A DNA stretch of 60,532 nucleotides from a virus (lineage: Duplodnaviria > Caudoviricetes), in IMG/VR virus record IMGVR_UViG_3300021085_000031, positions 1 through 60,532 of that record, one strand, 5' to 3'. The notes under the pieces were generated by a model. The model had not been told where the DNA came from and did no database searches. It saw only the letters and a program-made list of their open reading frames with translations. Below, in pieces: positions 1-9,202 of the stretch (within the stretch, counting starts at the first letter, position 1; every line of letters starts with the position of its first letter). The position numbers and the translations under genes were made by a program.

Positions 1-303
1 ATTACGTCAATGAGTAAAGACGAGAACGCACAGAAGCTAAGAACAATGAACATTCAGAAGTTGTTCGGTGAGACTGCGTTTACCAAGTTCATCTACCTCG
101 ACACTGGGGCAGATAAGGATGAGGTGTTAAGTCAATACGAAGGAACAGATTACACTTGGGTTGAAGACAAGGTTGAGAACGCACACGCTGGTGCAAACTT
201 TGGTCTGGACTCTATTGTCATGGAACATGGATACAACATGGACGATGACAGCTTCCCACTCATGAAGGGTTGGAAAGATGTGTACGAATATCTAGTCGGT
301 TAG
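1..303 (+). CDS. HAD-superfamily phosphatase / 5'(3')-deoxyribonucleotidase-like protein, 5'-truncated by window edge
   Basis: Frame is open from base 1 (ITSMSKD...); HAD motif-IV-like WVEDK..NA and HGYN are typical of T4-like NT5C-type phosphatases. Confidence 0.6.
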   Translation: MTSMSKDENAQKLRTMNIQKLFGETAFTKFIYLDTGADKDEVLSQYEGTDYTWVEDKVENAHAGANFGLDSIVMEHGYNMDDDSFPLMKGWKDVYEYLVG

Positions 304-327
304 ATTCTCCCCATAAAACTCCCCTAT

Positions 328-362
328 ATACCCTATGTAAACAATTAAAATACATGGGGTAT
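328..362 (+). promoter_or_regulatory. RNA hairpin covering the ribosome-binding region of the 368 gene
   Basis: ATACCCTATGTA-11 nt-TACATGGGGTAT: 12-bp stem with one G-U pair, ending 5 nt before the ATG at 368. Confidence 0.5.
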
Positions 363-367
363 TTCGC

Positions 368-754
368 ATGGCTAAACAAATAGCAGACACACCTGTAGGA
401 CAAGCAACAGTTGACTTGGAAAAGTATACTGAGTTAGTTCTCAAGGTGGACGAAGCACAAGATAAAATCAAAGAGATGGAAAAACTCTCTAAAGAACTAC
501 AGGTTGTATCAGCTGCCGCAAAACCAGTTCCAAAAGGATTCTGGTCATTGTTCCGTGATGAGAATGATATCAATGAGAAATCAATTATTGGATTTGCATC
601 ATTTATAATGATGGTTGTATTCGGTATTTTTGATTTGATTACTGCAATGAACGGTGTACAGTTAGAGATATCTGATACAATCTACACATCTTTTGTTGTC
701 GTAACATTGGGTTCATTTGGTATTGCAGAAGCAGGAAAAGCATTCGGTAAATAA
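368..754 (+). CDS. Membrane protein with N-terminal coiled coil and two TM helices (holin-like candidate)
   Basis: Heptad-like LEKYTELVLKVDEAQDKIKEMEKL; hydrophobic SIIGFASFIMMVVFGIFDLI and IYTSFVVVTLGSFGIA. Confidence 0.5.
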   Translation: MAKQIADTPVGQATVDLEKYTELVLKVDEAQDKIKEMEKLSKELQVVSAAAKPVPKGFWSLFRDENDINEKSIIGFASFIMMVVFGIFDLITAMNGVQLEISDTIYTSFVVVTLGSFGIAEAGKAFGK

Positions 755-755
755 A

Positions 756-1568
756 ATGGAAAAGGTTAGGTGGAGAGGAACGTGGGGCGTTGGTGATGCA
801 ATGCTCGCCCTCAACGTATGTCATAAGTATTGTTATGATAATAACATAAAAGTAAACCTAGAGATGCATTGGGAACACGGTGAGGATTATCTCCATTCGC
901 CCGATGACCCCGAAACCATCATAGAGAGAATGGAGTGGTTACACACCAAATACCACAGACCAGAGGATGTGACAGTCACTCACGTCTACTACTCCGACCT
1001 ATTCCAACACGGCAATGTCAATCCTGATAAACAGAAGGATAGATTCTACTTTGATTCGGGTGCATACGACTCGACAGGAGCGCCATCAAACCACTGGCCG
1101 TTCAAGAAAGAATTGTATCGTAATCATATCAAGACAAAACGCATTGTTATCTGGACACCAACTTATAACACAGAACAACCAAGATTATGGAAAAGGTTCT
1201 TGACAAAAGATGATTGGGCCTATATAATAAGCTTACTGCGCCGAGAGGGTTGGATACTAGTTGAATTGACGTATCGAACACCAGTAAAAGATGCATTTGA
1301 ACAGATTAGAAAAGCAGATTACATCTTTAGTTATGATGGTATGTGGCATTATATCGCAAAGAACTTTTCTATACCTATATTCATTCCATCTTGGGAAGGT
1401 ATTACTGGTTATGCATGTCCTCAAGTAGTATGTAGACCTGACACTGAGGGAGTTATGGAATTTGTGAATACCTTCACTGAAGAAGGTAGACACCACATGG
1501 ATAATAAAGCAGATAAATATCTGAGAGAATTGAGTAAATTTTATGAAGAAAATACTACAGATAGTTAA
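756..1568 (+). CDS. GT-B fold glycosyltransferase, GT9 (heptosyltransferase)-like
   Basis: N-terminal WGVGDAML (GxGD) and C-terminal FSYDGMWHYIAKNFSIP (DSG..H.A...P-like); ATG at 756 just after upstream stop. Confidence 0.6.
   Translation: MEKVRWRGTWGVGDAMLALNVCHKYCYDNNIKVNLEMHWEHGEDYLHSPDDPETIIERMEWLHTKYHRPEDVTVTHVYYSDLFQHGNVNPDKQKDRFYFDSGAYDSTGAPSNHWPFKKELYRNHIKTKRIVIWTPTYNTEQPRLWKRFLTKDDWAYIISLLRREGWILVELTYRTPVKDAFEQIRKADYIFSYDGMWHYIAKNFSIPIFIPSWEGITGYACPQVVCRPDTEGVMEFVNTFTEEGRHHMDNKADKYLRELSKFYEENTTDS
1200..1228 (+). promoter_or_regulatory. sigma70-type promoter (perfect consensus) inside the GT9-like gene
   Basis: TTGACA (1200-1205)-17 bp-TATAAT (1223-1228). Confidence 0.75.
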
Positions 1569-1707
1569 CCTATCACCTAACGAATCTATCGTTGAGAAAC
1601 TAGCTGATATACATCCTATGAAACAAATCACTTATGCGTCTATATTGCAAGTGGTTGTATTCTTCTTTATGTTACTTATGTTTAAAGTAATTGGGAGTTT
1701 TGTGTGA
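1543..1707 (+). CDS. Small membrane protein (54 aa), not in ORF track
   Basis: MKKILQIVNLSPNESIVEKLADIHPMKQITYASILQVVVFFFMLLMFKVIGSFV*; fills the gap; its TGA overlaps the next GTG start (GTGA). Confidence 0.6.
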   Translation: MKKILQIVNLSPNESIVEKLADIHPMKQITYASILQVVVFFFMLLMFKVIGSFV

Positions 1708-2666
1708 AAATTGATAGAGCAGTAATTGAAATTAACGGTGGGTGTAACTACTCGTGTACTATGTGTCCCCAAGACATGCGTACTGGAGGGAGACATAAAG
1801 ACTTTCTCAAGAAGATGGGACTAGAAGAGTTTGAGAAGAATGTCGCAGATTGTGCCCAACATGGATTGAGAGTAGTCAACCTAGAAGGTAGTGGAGAACC
1901 CACACTGAATAGAAACCTACCTGAGTACATTAAGATTGTAAAGAAGTATGGAGCCAAGTGTTTCATGTTCTCTAATGGATTCCGTATGCATGGACAGTTT
2001 ATGAAGGACTGTGTTGATGCGGGTCTGGACTTCTATCGGTACTCATTCATTGGGTACAATCCTGAGAAGTATGATGAGTGGATGAATAACATCATTGGAG
2101 GAAACTTTAATACTATTGTAAACAACATTCGTGAGATGAAGAAATATGTAGACGAGACTGGAAGTGACTGTGTAGTCGCAACCTATCATTTGATTACTGA
2201 CAACAACAACCTAAATAATGAGCTGGATGCTTATAAAAAGTTAGTTGATGACCTTGGGGTGAAGACTGAAATATGGAAAATGCATAACTGGTCTGGTGTA
2301 TACGAGATTGGTGAAAACGAAAGAAAAGGTGAGGTAAAAACCTGTGGTAGACCCTTTAGTCCTGATGTTGTTATCCGTGCTGGCGGTACTGGCGGCAAAA
2401 GAGGTGGTGTTGCACCTTGTTGCCAAGTACTCGGACAAGACGAGAAGGCCGTTCTGGGGCACACCTCTGAGAATACAATCGAAGAAATCTGGAATGGGCC
2501 CGAATATACAAAACTCCGTGATGACCATACTACTGGAAATTATCCTGATTACTGCCGTACTTGCGACTTTCTACTGGATGACCCTGAAGTATTAGTTTAC
2601 ACGAATCATGAACGTGACTTAATGAAGATGCACGGAACTGAGTTCGACTTGAATGATTACCGATAA
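1704..2666 (+). CDS. Radical SAM enzyme with SPASM/Twitch domain
   Basis: CNYSCTMC (CxxxCxxC), GSGEPTL, C-terminal CGRPF...PCC...LG...IEEIWNG...CRTC. Confidence 0.9.
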   Translation: MKIDRAVIEINGGCNYSCTMCPQDMRTGGRHKDFLKKMGLEEFEKNVADCAQHGLRVVNLEGSGEPTLNRNLPEYIKIVKKYGAKCFMFSNGFRMHGQFMKDCVDAGLDFYRYSFIGYNPEKYDEWMNNIIGGNFNTIVNNIREMKKYVDETGSDCVVATYHLITDNNNLNNELDAYKKLVDDLGVKTEIWKMHNWSGVYEIGENERKGEVKTCGRPFSPDVVIRAGGTGGKRGGVAPCCQVLGQDEKAVLGHTSENTIEEIWNGPEYTKLRDDHTTGNYPDYCRTCDFLLDDPEVLVYTNHERDLMKMHGTEFDLNDYR

Positions 2667-3249
2667 CCTTTGGATGATTCAGATACCTGGCAATAAGGTA
2701 TCACAACATTATGCAAGACAGAGTATACCAACGTGGGATGCTGATGTCAACTTATTTGACGCATATACACCTGACCATATGCCAAACTATCTGACCTTTG
2801 ATAAGTTCTGGGGTGAACGTGAGTTCAGTGAGAGTGAGAAGGCGGGATTCTATAGTCACCTAGAGTTGTGGCAGAAGTGTTATGTTGAAGAGAAACCAAT
2901 CGCAATCATTGAACATGACGTGGTACAACGTAAAAAGAGTATGCCCATCGTGGGTGATTTCTTTGCGTTTGCAGACTTTGTTGATGAAGACGATTGGAGA
3001 AACTACTCTACCCGATTCAAGGGTCATCCATACTGGGGAACAGACGAACCCCTATGTCCTGTCACCCACGCATACTATATGACCCCCGATGTGGCAGAGT
3101 CATTGTTCTTCTCTATCAGTCTCTACCCTGTTACCAAGTTTGTGGATGATTACATGTGGGAGTTCATGGGGAAGAACAAGAGAAAAATAATGGATTATGC
3201 AAGTCCTATATACTATAACGATATAGGCGGAACTATGGTACATGAGTGA
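2653..3249 (+). CDS. Glycosyltransferase family 25-like
   Basis: FYSHLELWQKC...IAIIEHDV and HAYYMTP motifs of GT25. Confidence 0.75.
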   Translation: MITDNLWMIQIPGNKVSQHYARQSIPTWDADVNLFDAYTPDHMPNYLTFDKFWGEREFSESEKAGFYSHLELWQKCYVEEKPIAIIEHDVVQRKKSMPIVGDFFAFADFVDEDDWRNYSTRFKGHPYWGTDEPLCPVTHAYYMTPDVAESLFFSISLYPVTKFVDDYMWEFMGKNKRKIMDYASPIYYNDIGGTMVHE

Positions 3250-3424
3250 ACAAGAACATAACCCCACAATGATGTTTCTGGAATATAAGATACACCGAAC
3301 ATCCGATTGGAAAATACAATTCGACAGTGCATTGGAATTGATAAACCTCAATCCAGAATGGAAAGAAGGAGATGTCCTCGGTCTATCCATACAAGACGGA
3401 AGGATTACATTGACTAAATTATGA
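3242..3424 (+). CDS. Small hypothetical protein
   Basis: 60-aa ORF overlapping both neighbours in the operon. Confidence 0.55.
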   Translation: MSEQEHNPTMMFLEYKIHRTSDWKIQFDSALELINLNPEWKEGDVLGLSIQDGRITLTKL

Positions 3425-4212
3425 AGAGATTAATATTTCAAGTATCGGTGGGCAAACCATCGAATCTATACAAACACTGTATCGAATCAGTCGCACATTA
3501 TTGTGCGAATTATGATATCGAACACATTGTTCTGACACAACCCAAACTACGAATCAAACCTGATATCTTTAGTAGTGGCCGCAGTGAAGAATCTTACATG
3601 AAGTATGGTGGATATCTTCCTATCTTTGAGAAGGAGAACGCATTTGAATACCTTGATGACTATGACCAGATTGCCATTGTGGATGCCGACATTTATATAC
3701 GAGCCGATGCCCCTAATATATTCGATGACTTTGGTACTACTCATGCCTTTGGTGCAGTAGCAGAACGTGAGATGGATATCCAAGACTGGTATGGTGGTAA
3801 GATTCAAAACTATTCTGCCATGCAGTATCGTCACCTACATGGTAGTGGACAGGGTGACTTCAAACCAAACAATCTAGGTTACGAGTTCTTTAATATGGGA
3901 TTGATTCTCTTGAACTCAAAACAATTCAAACCATACCTCAAGGGACAAGACCCACACACCTTTTTGAATCGTATGGAATTTAAAGACTTTGTAGATGGTC
4001 TTGGTGCATACAAGTGGAGTACTGACCAGACCTTGCTAAACTATTTCCTGAAGAAGTATAAGATACCTACCAAACATATGGATGGTAAGTGGAATGGACT
4101 ATTTGGTGCAATCAATAATGTAAAGGATTGTAACTTTGTGCATTTCTTTCTAAAGGATAAACTCCCTGACGGTGGAGAAAATGTTGACCAGTTAATGAAT
4201 CAAATCATATAA
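3421..4212 (+). CDS. GT-A glycosyltransferase, GT8-like
   Basis: IVDADIY (DxD), FFNMGLILLN, DQTLLNY, KWN, FVHF. Confidence 0.8.
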   Translation: MKRLIFQVSVGKPSNLYKHCIESVAHYCANYDIEHIVLTQPKLRIKPDIFSSGRSEESYMKYGGYLPIFEKENAFEYLDDYDQIAIVDADIYIRADAPNIFDDFGTTHAFGAVAEREMDIQDWYGGKIQNYSAMQYRHLHGSGQGDFKPNNLGYEFFNMGLILLNSKQFKPYLKGQDPHTFLNRMEFKDFVDGLGAYKWSTDQTLLNYFLKKYKIPTKHMDGKWNGLFGAINNVKDCNFVHFFLKDKLPDGGENVDQLMNQII

Positions 4213-4215
4213 ATA
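4208..4215 (+). promoter_or_regulatory. T4-type late promoter
   Basis: TATAAATA overlapping the GT8 stop, 54 nt upstream of the ferritin-like gene. Confidence 0.7.
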
Positions 4216-4268
4216 ACTAATAGACAATACCGTCAACTTATATTAATAGAGTGAATAGGAGAACCCTA

Positions 4269-4967
4269 ATGTTAACCCCGAATGATTTTGTGAAGAAGAT
4301 TCGCAAAGATAACCAAGCCCTGTTTGAAGCGTCTAAGATGAATACTAAGGCGTACTTCGAAGGTGACCTTCCTGAAGAGGAAATGGTCAATCACTTCATT
4401 GGTCGCATGGTCAATGAACGTATGAACATGTCTGAAATCTCAATGCAGATTGCAAATGCAGCTGACGATACAGACCCGAAAGAATTAGAACTTCTTTCTA
4501 AACAAGCAGCAGACGAAGCAAAACATTACCGTATGGTTCGAGAAGTAATCGAACACATTAAAGGTGAGAAGATTGATGTAGTCCAAGCACTTGAATCAGA
4601 AAGAAAGGCAAACACCGCAAAAGGTGCTGCACTTCTAGATAAGTATGATGCACAAGAAGATGAGGCAGTCCTTGCCGCATACCAACTTGTTGCAGAAGGA
4701 CGTGCAGAAGCTGTCTGGAATCAGATGGCAGATACCATTCAAGATGATTTCATCTCTACTCGTTATCGTGAGATTGCGAAAGACGAAGGTTTCCACAGTG
4801 CAATCGGTGGATACTCGTTACGTAAACTTGCGACAGACGAAGAGACTCAAAGTCGTGTCCAACGTGTTGTGGAAGCAATGCGTAAAGACCTGTTTGAAAT
4901 CTCGTGTAAAAACACAGTCGAAGCAGAAGGTTCGAGGGAACTCGTAAACGAAGCTTACGGTTGGTAG
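4269..4967 (+). CDS. Ferritin-like diiron-carboxylate protein
   Basis: Paired E...ExxH motifs: NERM, ADEAKHY, AEGRA, KDEGFHS; AGGAG RBS before the ATG at 4269. Confidence 0.8.
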   Translation: MLTPNDFVKKIRKDNQALFEASKMNTKAYFEGDLPEEEMVNHFIGRMVNERMNMSEISMQIANAADDTDPKELELLSKQAADEAKHYRMVREVIEHIKGEKIDVVQALESERKANTAKGAALLDKYDAQEDEAVLAAYQLVAEGRAEAVWNQMADTIQDDFISTRYREIAKDEGFHSAIGGYSLRKLATDEETQSRVQRVVEAMRKDLFEISCKNTVEAEGSRELVNEAYGW

Positions 4968-5519
4968 ATGAAGATAGGACTCAGTCAAAGAGTCCTCACG
5001 CACAACAAACAAGTTCATGACTCTTTAGACCGTAGTTGGTACGTGTTATTAAGGGGTCATGAACTCGTCCCCATCCCAAATCGTGAAGACTTAAATTATC
5101 CATCTCTTGCCGAATCTCTAGACCTTCTTATCCTTACGGGTGGAGGGAACGAGAGGATTCGACTCGAAACCGAAATATCTATTGCAACCGAGATGGCAAA
5201 ACTAGGTAAACCTATACTTGGCATATGTCATGGTGCATTTTTACTCACAGAGATTTTTGAAGGTAAGACAAAGTCTGGCAAGGAGAATCATCACAACGTG
5301 AATCATCTTGTGTACGGTAAAGAATCTAATCGTATGGTGAATAGTTTTCACAACATTGCTATTGACAAACACCCCCCAAATAGTGTATTATTATACAGTG
5401 ATGAAGATGACGATTGTGAATCATGGATAATGGATAATATCTGTGCGATTGTATGGCATCCAGAGAGGATGACTATACCTTATATACCAGAAGAAATTAT
5501 GGAGGCAACAGGACTATGA
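4968..5519 (+). CDS. Class I glutamine amidotransferase-like hydrolase (peptidase C26; gamma-glutamyl amide hydrolase type)
   Basis: Cys-His-Glu triad in LGICHG and WHPER; LILTGGG; VNSFHN; N-terminal IGLSQR...D.L...W. Confidence 0.85.
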   Translation: MKIGLSQRVLTHNKQVHDSLDRSWYVLLRGHELVPIPNREDLNYPSLAESLDLLILTGGGNERIRLETEISIATEMAKLGKPILGICHGAFLLTEIFEGKTKSGKENHHNVNHLVYGKESNRMVNSFHNIAIDKHPPNSVLLYSDEDDDCESWIMDNICAIVWHPERMTIPYIPEEIMEATGL

Positions 5520-6172
5520 TTAATATAAAAAAAGGTGAGACTTTTCAAGTTCGTGATATATGGAGTTATGATATCACGTTTGTTGAAGGTAGATATACGA
5601 GTGACAATTTCTTAGGAACAAGTTACTTGATGGCCAAAGATTCTAATATTCATATTAGAGATGGATACTCAGTCAACGGTAAGAATTTTGCGGGACAGAC
5701 AACAAAACAATTTACCGTATATGATGACTCCACATTTGCCCATATAAAATTCTATGGTTTATCCATGAATGATGAACGTCTGTTTATACCTCATGGGAAT
5801 CCAAAAGGTAATCTATCGTATATGGATGGTGGTACAAATACTACCGCAGTAAATCCAGGCAGACTAGGATTACCTGTTATCAACTATGTCCATTTTCCAG
5901 CAGGGATGAAACAAACCCTACACACCCATCCAAGTCAACGTATTGGTCTTATCCTTTCTGGTAAAGGTGAGATTGAACTTGACAATGGTGTAATGTTTCC
6001 TATCAAAGAAGGTGACTGTTGGGTGATGGAAAGAAATGTACTACACAACTTTATGTGTAACCAAGGTGAAGATGTCACCCTATTCGTGTTCAGTCCTGAC
6101 TCTGGTACAGGGCCGACAGATGAAATTAATCCATTGAAGGTGAGAACTTATGTCGGACAAACAAGAGTCTAA
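5516..6172 (+). CDS. Cupin-domain protein
   Basis: QTLHTHPSQR...G.G...IKEGD...NVLHNF cupin metal motifs; ATGA overlap with upstream gene. Confidence 0.8.
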   Translation: MINIKKGETFQVRDIWSYDITFVEGRYTSDNFLGTSYLMAKDSNIHIRDGYSVNGKNFAGQTTKQFTVYDDSTFAHIKFYGLSMNDERLFIPHGNPKGNLSYMDGGTNTTAVNPGRLGLPVINYVHFPAGMKQTLHTHPSQRIGLILSGKGEIELDNGVMFPIKEGDCWVMERNVLHNFMCNQGEDVTLFVFSPDSGTGPTDEINPLKVRTYVGQTRV

Positions 6173-6788
6173 GAAACTAATTATTATCACAGGGCCACAG
6201 GGTTCTGGGAATCATCTATTCAGTAAAGTGTTTGGTTATCATTCGGATGTAAACGGATGGGATTTCGGAGACAAGTACTGGATACCATCTGACGAAGAAC
6301 CCTTTGCAGAGTGTTGGGTTGACCCATCCAAGACAAAGAGTATGTTGACCCAAGACTATATTGTTGCGAATGTCAGTGTACCGTTTGTCTATGATGGAGT
6401 CAAACAGATTCCTCAGATACAACAAGTAGTCTACGAAGCACAAGATGCTGGATATGATGTAAGGGTTTGTATCGTAGTACGTGATGGTAATATCAACCGA
6501 GAACAACAACGTAGAGTCCGTAAGGAGATAACCCTACCGACTGCACTACAATACTATTATAATCTAGATGCACAGCTGGAGTTTTTGTCACACGAATCTC
6601 TTTTCCTATATGGTGGTGCATACCTGAGATGGTTATCTAAGATTCTCGACTTCCCTATTGCTTATAGTGATGACCGAGTACTGAGAGATATCAACGAAGA
6701 CCAGAATGCGAAGTACGTGAAACACGTAGAAGAACACTGGTTAGATGAACAAGTATGGAATGGGATAAGACCAAAAAGTGAAAGGTAA
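6150..6788 (+). CDS. Sulfotransferase-like P-loop protein
   Basis: IITGPQGSGNHL (PSB-loop-like), IVVRD, LSHESL. Confidence 0.55.
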   Translation: MSDKQESKKLIIITGPQGSGNHLFSKVFGYHSDVNGWDFGDKYWIPSDEEPFAECWVDPSKTKSMLTQDYIVANVSVPFVYDGVKQIPQIQQVVYEAQDAGYDVRVCIVVRDGNINREQQRRVRKEITLPTALQYYYNLDAQLEFLSHESLFLYGGAYLRWLSKILDFPIAYSDDRVLRDINEDQNAKYVKHVEEHWLDEQVWNGIRPKSER

Positions 6789-7347
6789 TTATTTATTAAT
6801 GACGGGTGCGCCAGGCAGTAAGTGGTCTGGAGTTGCAAACAACATTCACGCATCCACAGATTTTGACCAGACCGATATCACAAAGGAAAGGTCTTACACA
6901 CACCACAATGGTTTAGTACATGGGGGTGCATACTTTGACCCACTGATGGAGTTTAAGTTTGACAAGAAAGAATGGGACTTGCCTTTTTCTGGAAAAGGTG
7001 TTAGACTAATCAAATCGCATACCCTATCCACACAACTACCTAACTACCACAAGTATCCTGTTGTTCTGGTAATAAGGAATTCTTATTCGTGTTGGGAGTG
7101 GTGGAATCAGTGTGGTGGGTTTCGTATCACATATCCTGATTATACGTGGTATAAGAATCCCGACAATATGTTTGTACAGATACAGTTACAGAATCAAGCC
7201 ATAACAACATTCATATATAAGAACAGAGATAAGATTATTCAATGTATGGATAATATCGAAGTACTTGAAGAACTGGGATTAGACTCTAACGTGACAAAAG
7301 ATAATTATAGTGAAAAAGATGTGAGTGTATATGTCTACCAACCTTAA
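6778..7347 (+). CDS. Sulfotransferase-like P-loop protein
   Basis: LMTGAPGSKWS, LIKSH, LVIRN in the order seen in the sulfotransferase fold. Confidence 0.5.
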   Translation: MKGNYLLMTGAPGSKWSGVANNIHASTDFDQTDITKERSYTHHNGLVHGGAYFDPLMEFKFDKKEWDLPFSGKGVRLIKSHTLSTQLPNYHKYPVVLVIRNSYSCWEWWNQCGGFRITYPDYTWYKNPDNMFVQIQLQNQAITTFIYKNRDKIIQCMDNIEVLEELGLDSNVTKDNYSEKDVSVYVYQP

Positions 7348-7888
7348 AACAATTAATGCAGAAACTAGACAATGGTTGAAGGACTACTTCACATACGACT
7401 GGCCAAGTTCACGCACTGCGGGACTTGATAGATATTACTGGACAGGGTTTAGGTTAATAGATGAAATCAGAGAAGGGGAATCAGTTCTGGATGTTGGTTG
7501 TGGTATCAATCCTTTTAAGCGTCACATTGCCAATCTTCATGGAATTGATATTACAGACATAGGGTCTGACGAACAAGTAGATGTTCAATACTTTAAATCT
7601 GAAAAGAAGTATGACGTTGCGTTTGCATTAGGTAGTATCAACTTTTGTAGTTATGATACAATACGAGACCAGACCGAGGGAATGGTCAACGCACTCAAGC
7701 AGAAGTCACGTATATACTGGAGATGTAATCCAGCCCATCGTGACCACACCAATGATAAGGTGAATGATGTTCCGTTCTTTCATTGGAGACTCGAACATCA
7801 TCTTTTGTTATCAAAACGATTCGGATATGAAATCACTGAATTCATGCCTGACCAGAATAGATATTATGTGAAGTGGGAAAGAGAATGA
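7331..7888 (+). CDS. Class I SAM-dependent methyltransferase
   Basis: VLDVGCG, GID, YDVAFALGSINF. Confidence 0.85.
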   Translation: MSTNLKTINAETRQWLKDYFTYDWPSSRTAGLDRYYWTGFRLIDEIREGESVLDVGCGINPFKRHIANLHGIDITDIGSDEQVDVQYFKSEKKYDVAFALGSINFCSYDTIRDQTEGMVNALKQKSRIYWRCNPAHRDHTNDKVNDVPFFHWRLEHHLLLSKRFGYEITEFMPDQNRYYVKWERE

Positions 7889-8583
7889 AAATGTTTGTAC
7901 ACATCCCTAAAAATGGTGGGATGACAATAAGAAAGAATACGGAGATTAGAGGACAGGTTGTACTGGGACATCCAGACAATCTAAAGAACGCTGAGTATGT
8001 GAGTAGTGTTAAAGCTAAAATGCATAACACTAAAGACCATGCTGGATACGAACACGCACGTTGGAGGGACTGGAAACAGGACATCAAAGATTCGATTCAA
8101 GCAGTCGCAATTGTTCGTAATCCTTGGGACAGAGTATGTTCCCGTTATATGTTCGCAAAGAAGGTAATGGAATACGAAGGAACTCAACCAGAAGGTTACG
8201 CAGACACCTCATCCTTTGAGGCATTCCTTGAGGAACGTCACAAGTGGGGTGGTGTTGAATATATGTGGCATCGTGCGATTCGTGGATGGTATAATGCATA
8301 CGACCACGTATCAGATGAAGAGGGAAACAACCGTTGTGACATCTTACGGTTTGAAAACTATAACGAAGATGTCAAACTCTACTTTAGATTACTATCTAAT
8401 CCCAAACCCCGTAATATTACTCGTGTACCTAATGATAAAGGTAAGACAGGATACGGGACTTCTTATAAGGATATATACAACGAAGAGACTATACAGATTG
8501 TCGCAGACTGGTATCAGAAAGACATAGACTATTGGGGTTTTGACTTTGATACAGGCGCAACACGGAATTATTGGAATGCTTAA
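7885..8583 (+). CDS. Sulfotransferase family 2 (carbohydrate sulfotransferase-like)
   Basis: FVHIPKNGGMTI (5'-PSB), IVRNPWDRVCS (3'-PB), ILRFEN, WYQKDIDYWGF. Confidence 0.85.
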   Translation: MKMFVHIPKNGGMTIRKNTEIRGQVVLGHPDNLKNAEYVSSVKAKMHNTKDHAGYEHARWRDWKQDIKDSIQAVAIVRNPWDRVCSRYMFAKKVMEYEGTQPEGYADTSSFEAFLEERHKWGGVEYMWHRAIRGWYNAYDHVSDEEGNNRCDILRFENYNEDVKLYFRLLSNPKPRNITRVPNDKGKTGYGTSYKDIYNEETIQIVADWYQKDIDYWGFDFDTGATRNYWNA

Positions 8584-9202
8584 AGAATTATTTGACAAAT
8601 ACCAGTGTGATAAGGGTACAGAGAAACATCACTATTATAAAGACTATGAACAATATTTTGAGGAACGAAGAGAAGAACCTCTGAACTTTCTTGAGATTGG
8701 TACGTTCATGGCCGCATCAACAAACGCATTCTACGATTATTTTCCTAATGCGAACATCTACACCATTGACATTTTTGTGAGGACTAACCCAAAAGACTTG
8801 AAGATTCTACACGAAGACCGTGTACACTGGATGAAAGCAGACTCTATGGACGCTTCTCTTGGTATGAAAATAAGAAGTCAGTGGGGACAGGATATTCAAT
8901 TTGATTTTGTTATTGATGACGGAGCGCATTGGCCCGAAGCCAACCGATTGACATTCGAGAACGTTGTCCCATTCCTAAAAGATGACGGTACATACTTTAT
9001 TGAAGATGTATGGCCAATGGACAGAATGACTAGTCAAGAACTAGATAATCCTTGGTTACGGAAATCCCCCGATAAGTATTGCATGTTGAAACACAATCGT
9101 TTCATGTCTACTCTCGACCCATACGAAACAACGTTGTATGACCGAAGAAAAGAAACAAAGAATCCTGACACGTACATTATAGCGATTAATAAAAATGATT
9201 AA
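8576..9202 (+). CDS. SAM-dependent methyltransferase (sugar O-methyltransferase-like)
   Basis: DKG..HHY..Y, FLEIG, FDFVIDDGAH, GTYFIED. Confidence 0.8.
   Translation: MLKELFDKYQCDKGTEKHHYYKDYEQYFEERREEPLNFLEIGTFMAASTNAFYDYFPNANIYTIDIFVRTNPKDLKILHEDRVHWMKADSMDASLGMKIRSQWGQDIQFDFVIDDGAHWPEANRLTFENVVPFLKDDGTYFIEDVWPMDRMTSQELDNPWLRKSPDKYCMLKHNRFMSTLDPYETTLYDRRKETKNPDTYIIAINKND

Noticed and set aside
5362-5391. Internal sigma70 promoter TTGACA-18-TATTAT in the amidotransferase gene
   Set aside because: Non-optimal spacing and -10, inside a late operon; plausible but too weak to list as a feature
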